Below are positions 48,681 through 59,083 of a DNA stretch of 64,000 nucleotides, one piece after another (position 1 is the stretch's first letter; each line of letters begins with the position of its first letter). The notes beneath the pieces were generated by a model. The model ran no database searches, was not told the origin of the DNA, and saw only the letters and a program-made list of their open reading frames with translations. The stretch is from Planctomycetota bacterium. GTDB lineage: Bacteria; Planctomycetota; DG-23; JAZDKG01. The position numbers and the translations under genes are program-made. The DNA is taken from the NCBI GenBank assembly GCA_043803205.1, contig JAZDKG010000116.1, positions 31,316 through 95,315 of the forward strand, read 5' to 3'.

Positions 48681-50654
48681 TCACTCGACCGGAGGCTCAA
48701 CGCCCTGGGAAGTCCCTGCGCCCGCGGGCCGGGAAGTCGCTACCCCCGCGGGCAGACTCTCCTCCGGCGGTGACAAGCGTTGAATGGGACTCAAGTGCGC
48801 CGCCTCGTGACGGCGGTGCGCTAGGTACACCGCGTTCGAATCGTCGGGCGTCCGCTCGATCAGCACCGTGAGGAAGATCATGAGGTTGCGCTGGTCCTTG
48901 CTCACGCTCTTGTTCTTGAAGAGCCACCCCAGGAGCGGCAGATCCCCGAAAAACGGGATCTTGTCCTGGGACTCGCTTTCGGTCTGCTGGATGAGGCCGC
49001 CCAGCACCAGCGTCTCACCGTGACGGACGATGACCTTCGTGACCAGCGTTCGGCTGGCTACCTGCGGCAGATCGATGCTCTCCTCCCCGGAGGTGAACGT
49101 CTCAAACCCGGCGATGTTCTGCCCCGCCCGGCCCACCAGCGAATTGTCCTCCGGTATCAGCGTGAGCACGACCTCGTCTGTCCCCCTCACCACGTGCGGC
49201 GTGATGAACAATTGAAACCCCGTATCCACCGGCGAGTTCGCCGCCTCCCGAATCCCCCGCTGAATCCCCCCGCCCTGCGAGCTGGCGCTGAACGTCTCCG
49301 CGAACCGGACCGTCTCCCCGACGAAAACCGTCGCTTCCTCGTTGTCGATCGTCACGATGCGCGGCGCCTGCAGGATCGTGGTCGACTCGTCGCGCTTCAG
49401 CAGACTCAGCATCGCCGACATCGACGTGAAATCGATCCTTCCAAACACGTAACCCCCGGTGGAAGGAATCGGAGGGACGGCAGGCGTCACTGCGCCCGTC
49501 GCCGGGTCGAAGACGGTCTTGGGAGGACCATCGTCGATGATGCTCAGAGCGTCCTCGAAGCCGCCTCTCCCCACCGTGAACGGGAGCCGGGTGGCCACCG
49601 ACGAGCCCTGGGCCGTGACGGTCCAGCCGTTCGCCCAATCGACGCCCACGTTGGAGAAATCGGTCAGGTTCGTCGTGACGAACTTCATGTCCACGAAGAC
49701 CTGCGGCGGCGGAGTGTCGACCATGGAGATGATCCGCGCGATCTCCTCCAGCCGCGGTTTGATGTCCGTTACAATAAGCGAGTTGCTCGACGGCTCATAC
49801 TCCACCCGCCCCACCCCGCTCAGAGCGTTGGCCACGCTGTTCAGAAGCGTGAAACTCGCCCCCCTGGACGAGCTACCCCCGGTGCCTCCTCCCGACCGTA
49901 CCGTCGCCCGCTGCCCCGCCGGCGCCCCGGCCCCTGAGTACGCCCCCGTGGTCGCCTGCTCCTCCGGACCTCCGACCGCGAACTCGCTCTTAATCAACGG
50001 ACGGTAAATGTCCGGGGGCTGGACGTAGTGCAGCTCGAAAACCCGCGTGGCGACCTGGTCCCTCAGGTCCTCGGTCGTGACCACGCGTACGATCCCGCTG
50101 TCCTCCTCCACAAGCTCATACCCCGCGCTCCGCACAATGACCTCGAGCGCCTGCTGCCACGGCACGTTCCGCAGTTGCACGTTGACGTTCCCCGTGACCT
50201 TCGGCGAAACGATCACGTTCGTCCCGCTCTGCTTGGAAAGCTGCGATAGCACCAGCGGAAGCGACGCGTTCGTGTAGCTCACGCTCATTAGCGGCACCGG
50301 GCTGACCCGGTACGCCCGCTCCCCTTCCCGCTTCACCCGCGCCCCCACCTGCTTGCCGACGATCGAAAGCGCCTCCTCCGGCAGCACGTCCACTAAACGC
50401 AGCGTCACGGGCCGATCGATCCCCTCCTCCAGGGCGATTGCCAGGTCTCCCTCCTCCGCGATGTACGCTAAGGCCTCATCCAGGGGCACGTTGAGAAAGT
50501 CGAACGACAGCGTCCCCGACGGCCGGTTGCGGGATGTCCCCCGGAGTTCGCCAGCCGGAACGCCGGGCGCGCCCTCCGCCGCCGCAAGCGTCGCACACGC
50601 TAGAAGGGCCGCGAATAGGCAGATCGAAAAGCGCTTCCTATGCTCGGTCAACAT
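48681..50654 (-). CDS. Secretin (PilQ/GspD family), copy 2
   Basis: Start trimmed to a signal peptide (MLTEHRKRFSICLFAALLACATLAAA). Secretin N-domains. Secretin C-terminal domain '...FGDLPLLGWLFKNKSVSKDQRNLMIFLTVLI'. Confidence 0.8.
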   Translation of the reverse strand: MLTEHRKRFSICLFAALLACATLAAAEGAPGVPAGELRGTSRNRPSGTLSFDFLNVPLDEALAYIAEEGDLAIALEEGIDRPVTLRLVDVLPEEALSIVGKQVGARVKREGERAYRVSPVPLMSVSYTNASLPLVLSQLSKQSGTNVIVSPKVTGNVNVQLRNVPWQQALEVIVRSAGYELVEEDSGIVRVVTTEDLRDQVATRVFELHYVQPPDIYRPLIKSEFAVGGPEEQATTGAYSGAGAPAGQRATVRSGGGTGGSSSRGASFTLLNSVANALSGVGRVEYEPSSNSLIVTDIKPRLEEIARIISMVDTPPPQVFVDMKFVTTNLTDFSNVGVDWANGWTVTAQGSSVATRLPFTVGRGGFEDALSIIDDGPPKTVFDPATGAVTPAVPPIPSTGGYVFGRIDFTSMSAMLSLLKRDESTTILQAPRIVTIDNEEATVFVGETVRFAETFSASSQGGGIQRGIREAANSPVDTGFQLFITPHVVRGTDEVVLTLIPEDNSLVGRAGQNIAGFETFTSGEESIDLPQVASRTLVTKVIVRHGETLVLGGLIQQTESESQDKIPFFGDLPLLGWLFKNKSVSKDQRNLMIFLTVLIERTPDDSNAVYLAHRRHEAAHLSPIQRLSPPEESLPAGVATSRPAGAGTSQGVEPPVE

Positions 50655-50685
50655 GGCGGGATGGACCTCCCCATATTCCACACGG

Positions 50686-52692
50686 TTACATCGCCTTCGC
50701 CGACCCTTCGACGGGCGCATCGGCCGGACTTTCCTCAGGGCTCGCCTGGCTCGAGCCGTCCTCGGGAGGCTGCTCTCGAAAAAGCTTCTCCACGTCCGAG
50801 ACGGTTCCGGCCTCATACTGGCGGTGAACGGTATAGACCCGTTCCACGTCGTTCCGATCGCGCACGATCACGCACGTGATGAACATCACCAGGTTGCTCT
50901 TGTTCTTCTGACTCTCCCGGCTCTTGAAAAGCCACCCGACGAGCGGCAGGTCCCCGAGAAGGGGCAGCTTGCGTATCGTGTCGCTCTGACGCTCGTCCAT
51001 CAGACCACCCAAGACCGCCGTGTACCCGCTTCGGATCCTGAGCTTCGTCACCAATGTGCGCGACGACACCCGCGGAAGCTGGATGGTGCTCTGCCCCGTC
51101 GAGAAGTCGTCAAACCCCGGGATCGTGGTCCCGGTCCCCGTGAGCGCCTCGTCCTCCGGGATCAGCTCGATGATCACGTCGTCCGTCCCCCGGACGATGT
51201 GTGGCACTACCAGGAGCTGGAAACCCGTCTCAACGGGCGAGTTGTCCGCCTCGCGGATCCCCACCTCCACGCCCCCCGCCTGGTTGCTGGTCGAGAACGT
51301 CTCCGCATACCGGACCGACCGCCCCACGAAGATCGTCGCTTCGGAGTTGTCGAGCGTCAGGATTTTCGGAGCCTGCATGATCACGCTGTTCACGTCCTGC
51401 TTCAGGAACGTCATGATCATCAGGAACTGATTGAACCGGAGGTTCCCGAAGGTGTAGGAGTTGTCCGCCGTGATGAACGACCCCGCCGGCGTAACCTGCC
51501 CCGTCACGGGGTCGAACTTGACGGACGGCGGTCCGTTCTTCACGAGGCTGACCGCGTCTTGCCAGCCTCCCCCCCGGGCAAACGGCAGCAGCGTCGCGAA
51601 GCTGCCGCCGTTGATGTCCATGCTGAACCCGAGGTTCGGGTTCCCGTTGATGTTCTGGTAGTCCGTCCCGAAATCGAGAAGATCGTTGTTCGACGTCAAT
51701 ACGAACTTCACGTCAATGAACACCTGCGCCGGACGGACGTCCACCAGCCGGATGACCTCCGTGACCTTGTCCAGTCGAGGCGAGATGTCCGTCACCACGA
51801 GCGAGTTGCTGAATACGTCATACTCGACCCGGCCCACTGGAGAGAGCACCCCCGTGACGGCGTTCAAGAGCGGAAACTGCGCGCGGTTGCCGCGCTGCAC
51901 TGTGGCCCCTTTGGCTCCGCCCGTCCCACTGAAGGCTCGGATGCTGTTCTCGTCCTCCGGCCCCCCCTTAGCGAATTCGGTGTCGATCTTGGGACGATAC
52001 GTCGCCGGCGGCTGCACGTAATGAAGCTGATACACCCGCGTCTGCCGCTGCTCCCGCAGTGTCTCCGTCGTAACGACCCGCAGGATGTCGTCCCCCTCCT
52101 CCACGATCTGGTACCCGGCGGTCCGCACGACGTTGTCCAGCGCGTCCCGCCACGTCACGTCGTCCACCCGCAGGGACACCGTCCCTTGGATCTCCTCCCC
52201 GATCACGACGTTCCCGTTCGCAAGCCTGGTGATCTGCTTTATCACCGTCCGCACGTCGGCGTTGTCGAACTGCAGGCTCACCCTCGGCAGCTTCACCAGC
52301 CGATACGTCTTGAGCCCTTCCCGCCGCAGCGACGCCCCCAGCGCGCGCCCCAGCTTCCGAAGCGCCTCATCCGAAGTGTCCGCTAAGAACCGAATCGTGA
52401 GCGCCTCGTCGGTCCCCTCCGACAGAACCACGTTGCATCCCCCGACGTGCGCGATGTAATCGGCCACCTGCTGCGCGCGAACGTTGTTGAACTCCACCGA
52501 GAACCGTCCCGATGCGCTCGGCCCCCCCAGCTCCACCACGCCCTCGCGGACCCCCGTCGTTCGCCTCCCGAAGTGGCGTACGCCGGGGGACTCGCCGTAC
52601 GCCCCCGCCGTAACGACCGCGCTCGCCGCAATCAGAACCCACGCGCAGGCAACCCGACGCCCCGCAAAGAAAACCCTGCCGTCACTCCACAT
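50686..52692 (-). CDS. Secretin (PilQ/GspD family), copy 1
   Basis: Start trimmed to a signal peptide (MWSDGRVFFAGRRVACAWVLIAASAVVTAGAYG). Paralogous to the neighbouring secretin across its full length: '...LGDLPLVGWLFKSRESQKNKSNLVMFITCVIV'. Confidence 0.8.
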   Translation of the reverse strand: MWSDGRVFFAGRRVACAWVLIAASAVVTAGAYGESPGVRHFGRRTTGVREGVVELGGPSASGRFSVEFNNVRAQQVADYIAHVGGCNVVLSEGTDEALTIRFLADTSDEALRKLGRALGASLRREGLKTYRLVKLPRVSLQFDNADVRTVIKQITRLANGNVVIGEEIQGTVSLRVDDVTWRDALDNVVRTAGYQIVEEGDDILRVVTTETLREQRQTRVYQLHYVQPPATYRPKIDTEFAKGGPEDENSIRAFSGTGGAKGATVQRGNRAQFPLLNAVTGVLSPVGRVEYDVFSNSLVVTDISPRLDKVTEVIRLVDVRPAQVFIDVKFVLTSNNDLLDFGTDYQNINGNPNLGFSMDINGGSFATLLPFARGGGWQDAVSLVKNGPPSVKFDPVTGQVTPAGSFITADNSYTFGNLRFNQFLMIMTFLKQDVNSVIMQAPKILTLDNSEATIFVGRSVRYAETFSTSNQAGGVEVGIREADNSPVETGFQLLVVPHIVRGTDDVIIELIPEDEALTGTGTTIPGFDDFSTGQSTIQLPRVSSRTLVTKLRIRSGYTAVLGGLMDERQSDTIRKLPLLGDLPLVGWLFKSRESQKNKSNLVMFITCVIVRDRNDVERVYTVHRQYEAGTVSDVEKLFREQPPEDGSSQASPEESPADAPVEGSAKAM

Positions 52693-53722
52693 ACTTCTCA
52701 AAGGTCTCCCCCTTGAACTCCATGGTGATTTTGCCGGGGGCAATCCCTACGATCTTCACGTCGTCGATCGTCGCACCCACCGTGAGGTCCTTGTCGTTGA
52801 CGATCACGAAAGACTTCTGAGGCGACCAAGCGATCCCCGCGATCACGAACTGCTTCTTCGAAAACTCCAGCCGTACCTCCGCCTTCTGCCGGTACAGGTC
52901 CGCCTGCGTCTTCAGCGCCGCGACCTCCTGTCTCTTCTGCGAGTCCGGCGCCGCCAAGAGCGCCTCGCGACCCACGGAAAAAACCTTCTCCAGGTCCCCG
53001 GCAAGCTTTATCACGTTCTCATAGTCCCCCGCCTGAAATGCCGCCGTGACCGCAGAGTGAAGCCCCGTGATCTGCTCATACAGGATATTGAGCTTCGCCT
53101 CCGCAATGAGCTTCTCCACCGAGGCCGCCCCCGACTCGATCGCCAAGAGCTTCGTCTTCAGCGTCGGCGCGGTGATGTCCTCCTTGCGCGCCATGATCTT
53201 CATGAGCTCCTCGTCGTGCAGCCGGATCGCCTGCTGGTAATCCTGCGCCGCGATGCACGCCTTGATCTGGTTGAATAGCTCCTGTGCCCTGTCCACCAAC
53301 TGCTGCTGCTCCTCGACGCTCAGCTGCCTCGCCTTCCCCATCGTCACCTTAGTCGCCTTCTTCCCGGTCGTCTCCGGACCCTCCGCTGCACCATGCGGCT
53401 TGCTCGGCCCCGCGAATGGGTCCCGCCGACCAGCCATCTCAAAAACAAACGCCGGCTCCGAAAGCAGTGCCTCCACGCTGAAAGCCCTCGCCTCCCGCGG
53501 ACGCACCTTGATCGACTCCTTCTCCACAACCGGCGGTTCCACCGCCTCGCCCCCGGCTTCCTCCACCGGAGCGGCTTCCCCCTCGCCGGCGGGCGCCGTC
53601 GCAGCGCCCCCCTCCATCGACTTCTCCTGGGCCGCGACCCGCGGCCCTTGCGCGATCACCAAGGTGAGCAGAAAGATGACGAGCAGTCCTCCCCGCAGGA
53701 CCCTGGACCACCTCCGCGACAT
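52682..53722 (-). CDS. Pilus-assembly protein (PilP-like position): TM anchor, acidic/coiled-coil region, C-terminal beta-domain
   Basis: Start trimmed to MSRRWSRVLRGGLLVIFLLTLVIA. Located between the pilO-like gene and the secretins. The C-terminal 'FVIAGIAWSP...FVIVNDKDLTVG' is PilP-like. Confidence 0.4.
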   Translation of the reverse strand: MSRRWSRVLRGGLLVIFLLTLVIAQGPRVAAQEKSMEGGAATAPAGEGEAAPVEEAGGEAVEPPVVEKESIKVRPREARAFSVEALLSEPAFVFEMAGRRDPFAGPSKPHGAAEGPETTGKKATKVTMGKARQLSVEEQQQLVDRAQELFNQIKACIAAQDYQQAIRLHDEELMKIMARKEDITAPTLKTKLLAIESGAASVEKLIAEAKLNILYEQITGLHSAVTAAFQAGDYENVIKLAGDLEKVFSVGREALLAAPDSQKRQEVAALKTQADLYRQKAEVRLEFSKKQFVIAGIAWSPQKSFVIVNDKDLTVGATIDDVKIVGIAPGKITMEFKGETFEKYVE

Positions 53723-53761
53723 CGTCTTTTCTGGAGCGCACATGTTCCGCTTCTCTCCGGT

Positions 53762-54358
53762 CTACTTGGCCTTGGTCTTGTTGGAACCTTCGGCGGACTT
53801 CATGGAGTAGGCGTCCACCTGGACGATGCAGTCGTTCACGAGAGAGTCCTCGGCGGTCTGCCGGACGGTGAATGTCGGGATGGAGAACAGCCTCATGTAG
53901 TCGTCCATGAACCCGTGATACTCGAACTGGTTGATAAAGCTCGTGAATTGCTCGCACGTCCCCGTCAGCTTCACTTCCCAGGAATGTACCTCGTAGTCCT
54001 TCTTGACCTCCGGCCCGCGCCCCACGCCGCGCTTCTCCTTCTCCTTGTAACTCTCCACCACAAGCCCCGTCGTGTCCTGCGCGTGCCCGATGAAATCAAT
54101 GACCCCAAAATCCTCCTTCCCGTCCGTTACCATCTTGGCTAGGATCGCGTCGTTCCGGGTCAGCTTCGCAAGCTCCTCCTGCATCCCCGGAATCTGCCGG
54201 ATGTCCTTCAGAAGGTCGTCGTTCTTGCGACGCAGCATCTCGATCTCGCTTTGCACCGTCTTCGTCTGGTCATACTTATCGATGAGAAAAAAGATCTCGA
54301 CGCCCAGCACGACCAAAAATACGATCACGGTCCAGATCAGCTTTGTGCGTTCTTCCAT
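53762..54358 (-). CDS. PilO-like type IV pilus assembly protein
   Basis: Single N-terminal TM, coiled-coil, then a ~100-aa ferredoxin-like domain. Position is consistent with pilO. Confidence 0.5.
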   Translation of the reverse strand: MEERTKLIWTVIVFLVVLGVEIFFLIDKYDQTKTVQSEIEMLRRKNDDLLKDIRQIPGMQEELAKLTRNDAILAKMVTDGKEDFGVIDFIGHAQDTTGLVVESYKEKEKRGVGRGPEVKKDYEVHSWEVKLTGTCEQFTSFINQFEYHGFMDDYMRLFSIPTFTVRQTAEDSLVNDCIVQVDAYSMKSAEGSNKTKAK

Positions 54359-54373
54359 GGGTCTCTCTTACCT

Positions 54374-55093
54374 CTATGTCGCCTTTTCCCCCGCGCTCCG
54401 GATCGGCTTCTTCTCCGGCTTCGCCGGCGCCGGAGGCTTGAAGAACAGCGTGATGTTAACCGCCCAACCCTCGCGTTTCTCCTTGCTCCCCTCCGGCGTT
54501 ACGACCTCATACTCCACGCGCTTTCCCCCGTCGTGCCCCAACGCAACGAAATCCGCCGCAAACTCCCGACTCCGCTCGATCGCGTTGTTCTCCGACGCCC
54601 GCTCCCCTAAAAGAACTCGAAAGAAATCGCTGACGTATCTCGGGTCCCCGGAAGCACTTACACATTCCAGGATGAGCTTCCCCGCCCCCGCCAGCTCGTC
54701 CCCCCTTACCCCGCGCACCGCCTCGGGCCCACGCACCATGATCCGCTTCAGCCACACGTGCGAAGGCACAAGGTCAATGAGCTGATCGATCTTCTTCGAC
54801 CACACCACCCGATCCTGCCACACCTCCTTCACCGTCTCCTCCCGCTTGCCCAGTCGCGCGATCTCCCGACCGAGCCTTTGATACTCCTGCACCTTCTGCT
54901 CGTTCGACTTCACCTCCTCCGCCAGCGAATCCCTCTTGAAACCCGCGATCTTGTACACCGTGAAGTGGTACACCCCCCAGAATACCAGCATCACCGTCAC
55001 GATGATGGTCCCCACCAGCGTCGTCATCAGGCGCGGCTTCGGCGTGCCCTCGGCGACCTTGTACTCTTCGGGCAGAAGGTTGATATCGAGCAT
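54374..55093 (-). CDS. pilN: PilN-like type IV pilus assembly protein
   Basis: Start trimmed to 'MLDINLLPEEY' (INLLP motif), then a TM and a coiled-coil. Overlaps the pilM stop (ATGA). Confidence 0.6.
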   Translation of the reverse strand: MLDINLLPEEYKVAEGTPKPRLMTTLVGTIIVTVMLVFWGVYHFTVYKIAGFKRDSLAEEVKSNEQKVQEYQRLGREIARLGKREETVKEVWQDRVVWSKKIDQLIDLVPSHVWLKRIMVRGPEAVRGVRGDELAGAGKLILECVSASGDPRYVSDFFRVLLGERASENNAIERSREFAADFVALGHDGGKRVEYEVVTPEGSKEKREGWAVNITLFFKPPAPAKPEKKPIRSAGEKAT

Positions 55094-56106
55094 CAGCGTA
55101 CTCCCAAGACCCTCGAGGCGAGACCCACACTGATCGCGAACTGGCCGGCGTCCCTCGTCAGCTTCTCGCCCGCCTGACCGCCCACGCGGTTCTCCAGAAC
55201 CTCGACGGGATTCCATAGACTCGTCGGCTTCCCAAGGGCGGCGGCGAAACTCTCGTCGAGCCCCGGCAACAACGCCCCGCCGCCGGACAGGTATATGTTA
55301 CTGACCACCTTCTCGCTCTCGTTCTCAAAAAAATCGAACGAGAGCGCGATCTCGTTCGCTAGGTCGTCAATGGCGGGCTGCACCGCCTCCCGCATCTCCG
55401 TTACCTTCTCCCCAGGCTCCCGCTTAAGCTGGTCCACCTCATACGGGTTCACGGAAAGCTTCCGCGCTATGTTCTCGCTGAAGTCGTTCCCCGCCACATA
55501 CACCTCCCGGGCAAAATGCACCACCCCCTTCTCTACGATCGTGATGCTCGTCTTGTTCGATCCCACGTCCACTAACGCCGTCACCTTCTCCGGATCCTGT
55601 CCGTGCGACGACATGAAGAACGCATTCCCTAATGCGAACGCGTCCACGTCGATCATCGCCGGCACCAGCCCCACCTCCCGCAGAAGCGCATACTGCTCGT
55701 CGATCAGCGTCTTCTTCACCGCCACCAGAAGCACCTTCACCTCGTTCGTGGCGGGGATCTCCGCAACCTTCGCGCAGTCCAACTGCACCTCGTCTACCCC
55801 GAACGGGATGTACTTGTCCGCCTCAAACCGGATCGCGCTCTTCAGCTCCTCCGGGCTCATCTTCTGCATCGGCACAAAACGAACGATGACGTTCCTCCCG
55901 GATACGGCGCTCACCACCGAGTGCCCGCGGAAGTAGTTCTCATGCACCACCCGGCGCAGGACGTCAAACCGGTCCGCCTCCTCCGGGATCTCCGCATAGG
56001 CGAAACCCGTGAGAACTAGCCTCGGTCCCGACGCCACAACCTCCAGCGCCTTGATGCTGTGAGACCCAATATCCAGAGCAAGCATCTTCTTGGACTTGCC
56101 TATCAT
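55093..56106 (-). CDS. pilM: PilM type IV pilus assembly ATPase-like (actin-like) protein
   Basis: 'LALDIGSHSIKALE' and the PilM/FtsA-like fold pattern throughout. Confidence 0.8.
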   Translation of the reverse strand: MIGKSKKMLALDIGSHSIKALEVVASGPRLVLTGFAYAEIPEEADRFDVLRRVVHENYFRGHSVVSAVSGRNVIVRFVPMQKMSPEELKSAIRFEADKYIPFGVDEVQLDCAKVAEIPATNEVKVLLVAVKKTLIDEQYALLREVGLVPAMIDVDAFALGNAFFMSSHGQDPEKVTALVDVGSNKTSITIVEKGVVHFAREVYVAGNDFSENIARKLSVNPYEVDQLKREPGEKVTEMREAVQPAIDDLANEIALSFDFFENESEKVVSNIYLSGGGALLPGLDESFAAALGKPTSLWNPVEVLENRVGGQAGEKLTRDAGQFAISVGLASRVLGVR

Positions 56107-56477
56107 CGGTTCTCCTTCAGCCCGCCCTCCGTAACCTCACCGAAAAGCCCTTCAGCGACGGCCCAGCCCGTCGACTCTTCCGACCCCGGGCGGCGCGAAA
56201 GGACCTCTTCATCGAGGTCCGACATCCCGCCGGACCTCGGCCCGAAGGGCCGAAGCCACGCGCGACCATTCAATCCATCGTAAAAATCCGTCTGCATCTT
56301 GAGACGGGAACAAAGGAAAAAAACCCACCCCGCCGCGACTCCCCCCCGTACCATGGACACTCTCCGCCACTGCTCACGACGGCTTCGGGGCCGAAAAACG
56401 ACCTAACCTTTTCCTAATAACGGGCTTGGGGAAAAACAACCCCACCCCCTACGTCGCGCCCCCGAGAAAAGGCGCGC

Positions 56478-58220
56478 CTAGAAGACCCCCGGGAGAATCC
56501 GTTCCGCTTTTTCCTTTAGATAATTCGATATCTCCGCGGCGGTCTTGAATTCCAGCGTCTGTCGCGCGGCTTCCCCCGCTTCCGCCAGCGTGACCGATCG
56601 GATGAGCTTCTTGATCTCCAGTATCACCCCCGGCGCCACGCTGAACTCCCGCAGTCCCATTCCCAAAAGCAGGATCGTAAACAGCGGATCCCCGCTCATC
56701 TCCCCGCACATCGCAACCGGAATGTTGCCCCGCTTCCCCGCTTCGATCACCGCCTGCACCAGCCGCAGGACCGCCGGATCCGTCGGGTTAAACAGCGACG
56801 CCACCCGCTCGTTCACACGGTCCACCGCTAACGTGTACTGAATTAGGTCGTTCGTCCCGATGCTGAAAAAATCACACTCCGCCGTGAAAAAGTCCGCCGC
56901 CACCGCCACCGAGGGCACCTCGACCATGATCCCTACCTTGATGTCCTCCTTGAAAGACGCCCCCTTCTGTCGCAGTTCGTCCTTGACCTCCTCCAGGATG
57001 CCCTTCGCCCGACGGACCTCCGACACGCTCGAGATCATCGGGAGCAGGATTTGAATATCCCCGAACGCGCTCGCACGCAAAATCGCCCGCAGCTGCACCT
57101 TGAACTGATCGACGTGCTGAAAGGAAAGCCGGATCGACCGCAGGCCCAGAAACGGGTTCCGCTCCTTCTGACTCCTGCTTTCTCGGAAGAACTTGTCCGC
57201 TCCTAGGTCCACCGTCCGAATCGTCAGCCGCCTCCCCCCAAGGTGCTTGATCGCCTGCAGGTACGCCTCAAAGTGGTCCTCCTCCGAAGGCTCCGTGGCC
57301 CGATTGAGGTAGAGAAACTCCGTGCGGTACAGGCCGATCCCCTCCGCCCCGTTCCGCACCCCCAACTCCACCTCCTGCGGAAATTCGATGTTCGCTAGAA
57401 TCCTCACCTCGCAGTTGTCCAGCGTCACCGCGGGCAGCGTCTGAAACTTCTTCAGATCCGCCTCGAGCTGGAGAAAGTTGTCCCGCAGCCCCTCGTACTT
57501 GTGAACCGTCGCCTCGTCCGGGTTCACGATCACGATGCCGTGGGTCCCGTCCAGGATCACCGTGTCCCCCATCGCGACGTCGCCCGTGACCGTCTCCAGC
57601 CCCACCACCGCCGGGATCCCAAGCGCCCGAGCGACAATGGCCGTATGACTGGTCCTGCCCCCCGCGTCCGTCGCGAACGCTAGCACCTTCTTCCGGTCCA
57701 GCATCGCCGTCTCGTCCGTGGTCAGGTCCCTGGCCACGAGGATCATCGGCTCCCGGCGCGACCGGTAGTGCATCCGGTGCTCTTCCCCTCGCAGCGCCCG
57801 CAGAAGTCGGTTCTCGATGTCCGTCAGATCCCGCACCCGGTCCGCAAGGTACGCGTCCTCGATCTTGCTGAACCGCTTCATGTACTTGCGGATGATGCGG
57901 CTTACCGCGTACTCGGCGGTGAAATTCTTCTCCGTGATGAGCTGACGCACCTCCAGGAGCAGCTTCTTGTCCTCTAACATCCGCAGGTGCGCCTGGAAGA
58001 TCCCGCTGTACTCCTCCCCGATCGTCTCCCGGACCTGGTCCGCCCGAAGCTGCACCTCTTGGTGCGCCCGCTCGACCGCCTGCTCGAACCTCGAAAGCTC
58101 CTGCTCCAGCTCGTCCCGCGCAAAGAACCGCCGCATGATCGGCTGCTCGTCGCTCTCCAGCACGAACGCCTTCCCCATCACCACCCCGGGAGAGACCCCG
58201 ATGCCTTTCTTGATCTCCAT
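56478..58220 (-). CDS. ptsI: Phosphoenolpyruvate-protein phosphotransferase (PTS enzyme I)
   Basis: 'GGRTSHTAIVARALGIPAVVG' (phospho-His) and the C-terminal PEP-utilising TIM barrel 'CGEM'. Confidence 0.9.
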   Translation of the reverse strand: MEIKKGIGVSPGVVMGKAFVLESDEQPIMRRFFARDELEQELSRFEQAVERAHQEVQLRADQVRETIGEEYSGIFQAHLRMLEDKKLLLEVRQLITEKNFTAEYAVSRIIRKYMKRFSKIEDAYLADRVRDLTDIENRLLRALRGEEHRMHYRSRREPMILVARDLTTDETAMLDRKKVLAFATDAGGRTSHTAIVARALGIPAVVGLETVTGDVAMGDTVILDGTHGIVIVNPDEATVHKYEGLRDNFLQLEADLKKFQTLPAVTLDNCEVRILANIEFPQEVELGVRNGAEGIGLYRTEFLYLNRATEPSEEDHFEAYLQAIKHLGGRRLTIRTVDLGADKFFRESRSQKERNPFLGLRSIRLSFQHVDQFKVQLRAILRASAFGDIQILLPMISSVSEVRRAKGILEEVKDELRQKGASFKEDIKVGIMVEVPSVAVAADFFTAECDFFSIGTNDLIQYTLAVDRVNERVASLFNPTDPAVLRLVQAVIEAGKRGNIPVAMCGEMSGDPLFTILLLGMGLREFSVAPGVILEIKKLIRSVTLAEAGEAARQTLEFKTAAEISNYLKEKAERILPGVF

Positions 58221-58238
58221 GAGCGCCTTCCGCTCTCT

Positions 58239-58520
58239 CTATTCCTCGTCGAACTTGCTCTCGACGAGCCTCTCGATCGCGTCCAGGGCTTCGCTCGCGT
58301 CCGGCCCCGCCGCCTTGAACATCAGCACCGTCTCCGCCGGCGCCGCTAAGGTCATCACGTCCAGGAAACTCTTCCCGTCCACCTCCCGCTCATCCCGGAC
58401 GATACGGATGTTGCTCTGGAACTTGTTCGCCAAATCCACCAGCAGCCGGATCGGCCGCAGGTGCAGCCCCAGCTTGTTCCGGATCACGATCTCTCTCAGT
58501 GTTTCCGCTGTTCCGCGCAT
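58239..58520 (-). CDS. ptsH: Phosphocarrier protein HPr
   Basis: 'NKLGLHLRP' (His15 region) and 'GKSFLDVMTL' (Ser46 region). Confidence 0.85.
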   Translation of the reverse strand: MRGTAETLREIVIRNKLGLHLRPIRLLVDLANKFQSNIRIVRDEREVDGKSFLDVMTLAAPAETVLMFKAAGPDASEALDAIERLVESKFDEE

Positions 58521-58551
58521 CGCCCACGACCATGAAAAAAAGTCCGCAGGA

Positions 58552-59025
58552 TCAGGAAAAAAGCTTCTCGTCCGCTTCCTGGAGGATGTCGTTCAGCTCC
58601 TCCAGACTCTTGGCGTTCTTCATGAACCGACAGAAGTGGTCGTCCCGGACGAGACACGAGATCTGCTCCAGCGCCTTCAGGTGCTCCGCCGGCTTGTTCG
58701 GCGGCGACAGCACCAGAAAGAACACGTGCACCGGCTCCCCGTCGATCGCCTTGAACTCCACCCCCTTCGACGACCGCCCCACCATCCCCACAAGCTTGTT
58801 CGTCGCCTCGGTCTTCGTGTGCGGGATCGCCACCCCCATCCCGATCCCCGTGCTCCCCAGTTCCTCCCGCTTCATCAGCGCGTCCACCACCGAGACGACG
58901 CCCCCCGACCCGAGCGCCCCAGCCTCCACGAGCGCCCGCACCAGCTCCTCGATCGCCTCCTGCTTCCCGGCGCTCGCCAACTCATACCGGGTGGCCGCCC
59001 GCACCAAAAAGTCCAGCAACTTCAT
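58552..59025 (-). CDS. ptsN: PTS EIIA-Ntr-type (fructose/mannitol EIIA-2 family) protein
   Basis: 'GMGVAIPHTK' active-site His region. 157 aa. Confidence 0.8.
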   Translation of the reverse strand: MKLLDFLVRAATRYELASAGKQEAIEELVRALVEAGALGSGGVVSVVDALMKREELGSTGIGMGVAIPHTKTEATNKLVGMVGRSSKGVEFKAIDGEPVHVFFLVLSPPNKPAEHLKALEQISCLVRDDHFCRFMKNAKSLEELNDILQEADEKLFS

Positions 59026-59083
59026 GCTCTCCTCCGTGGGTCTTGGCTACCCTCAATCCGCCCCGCCTTCGCGGGACGGGGGA

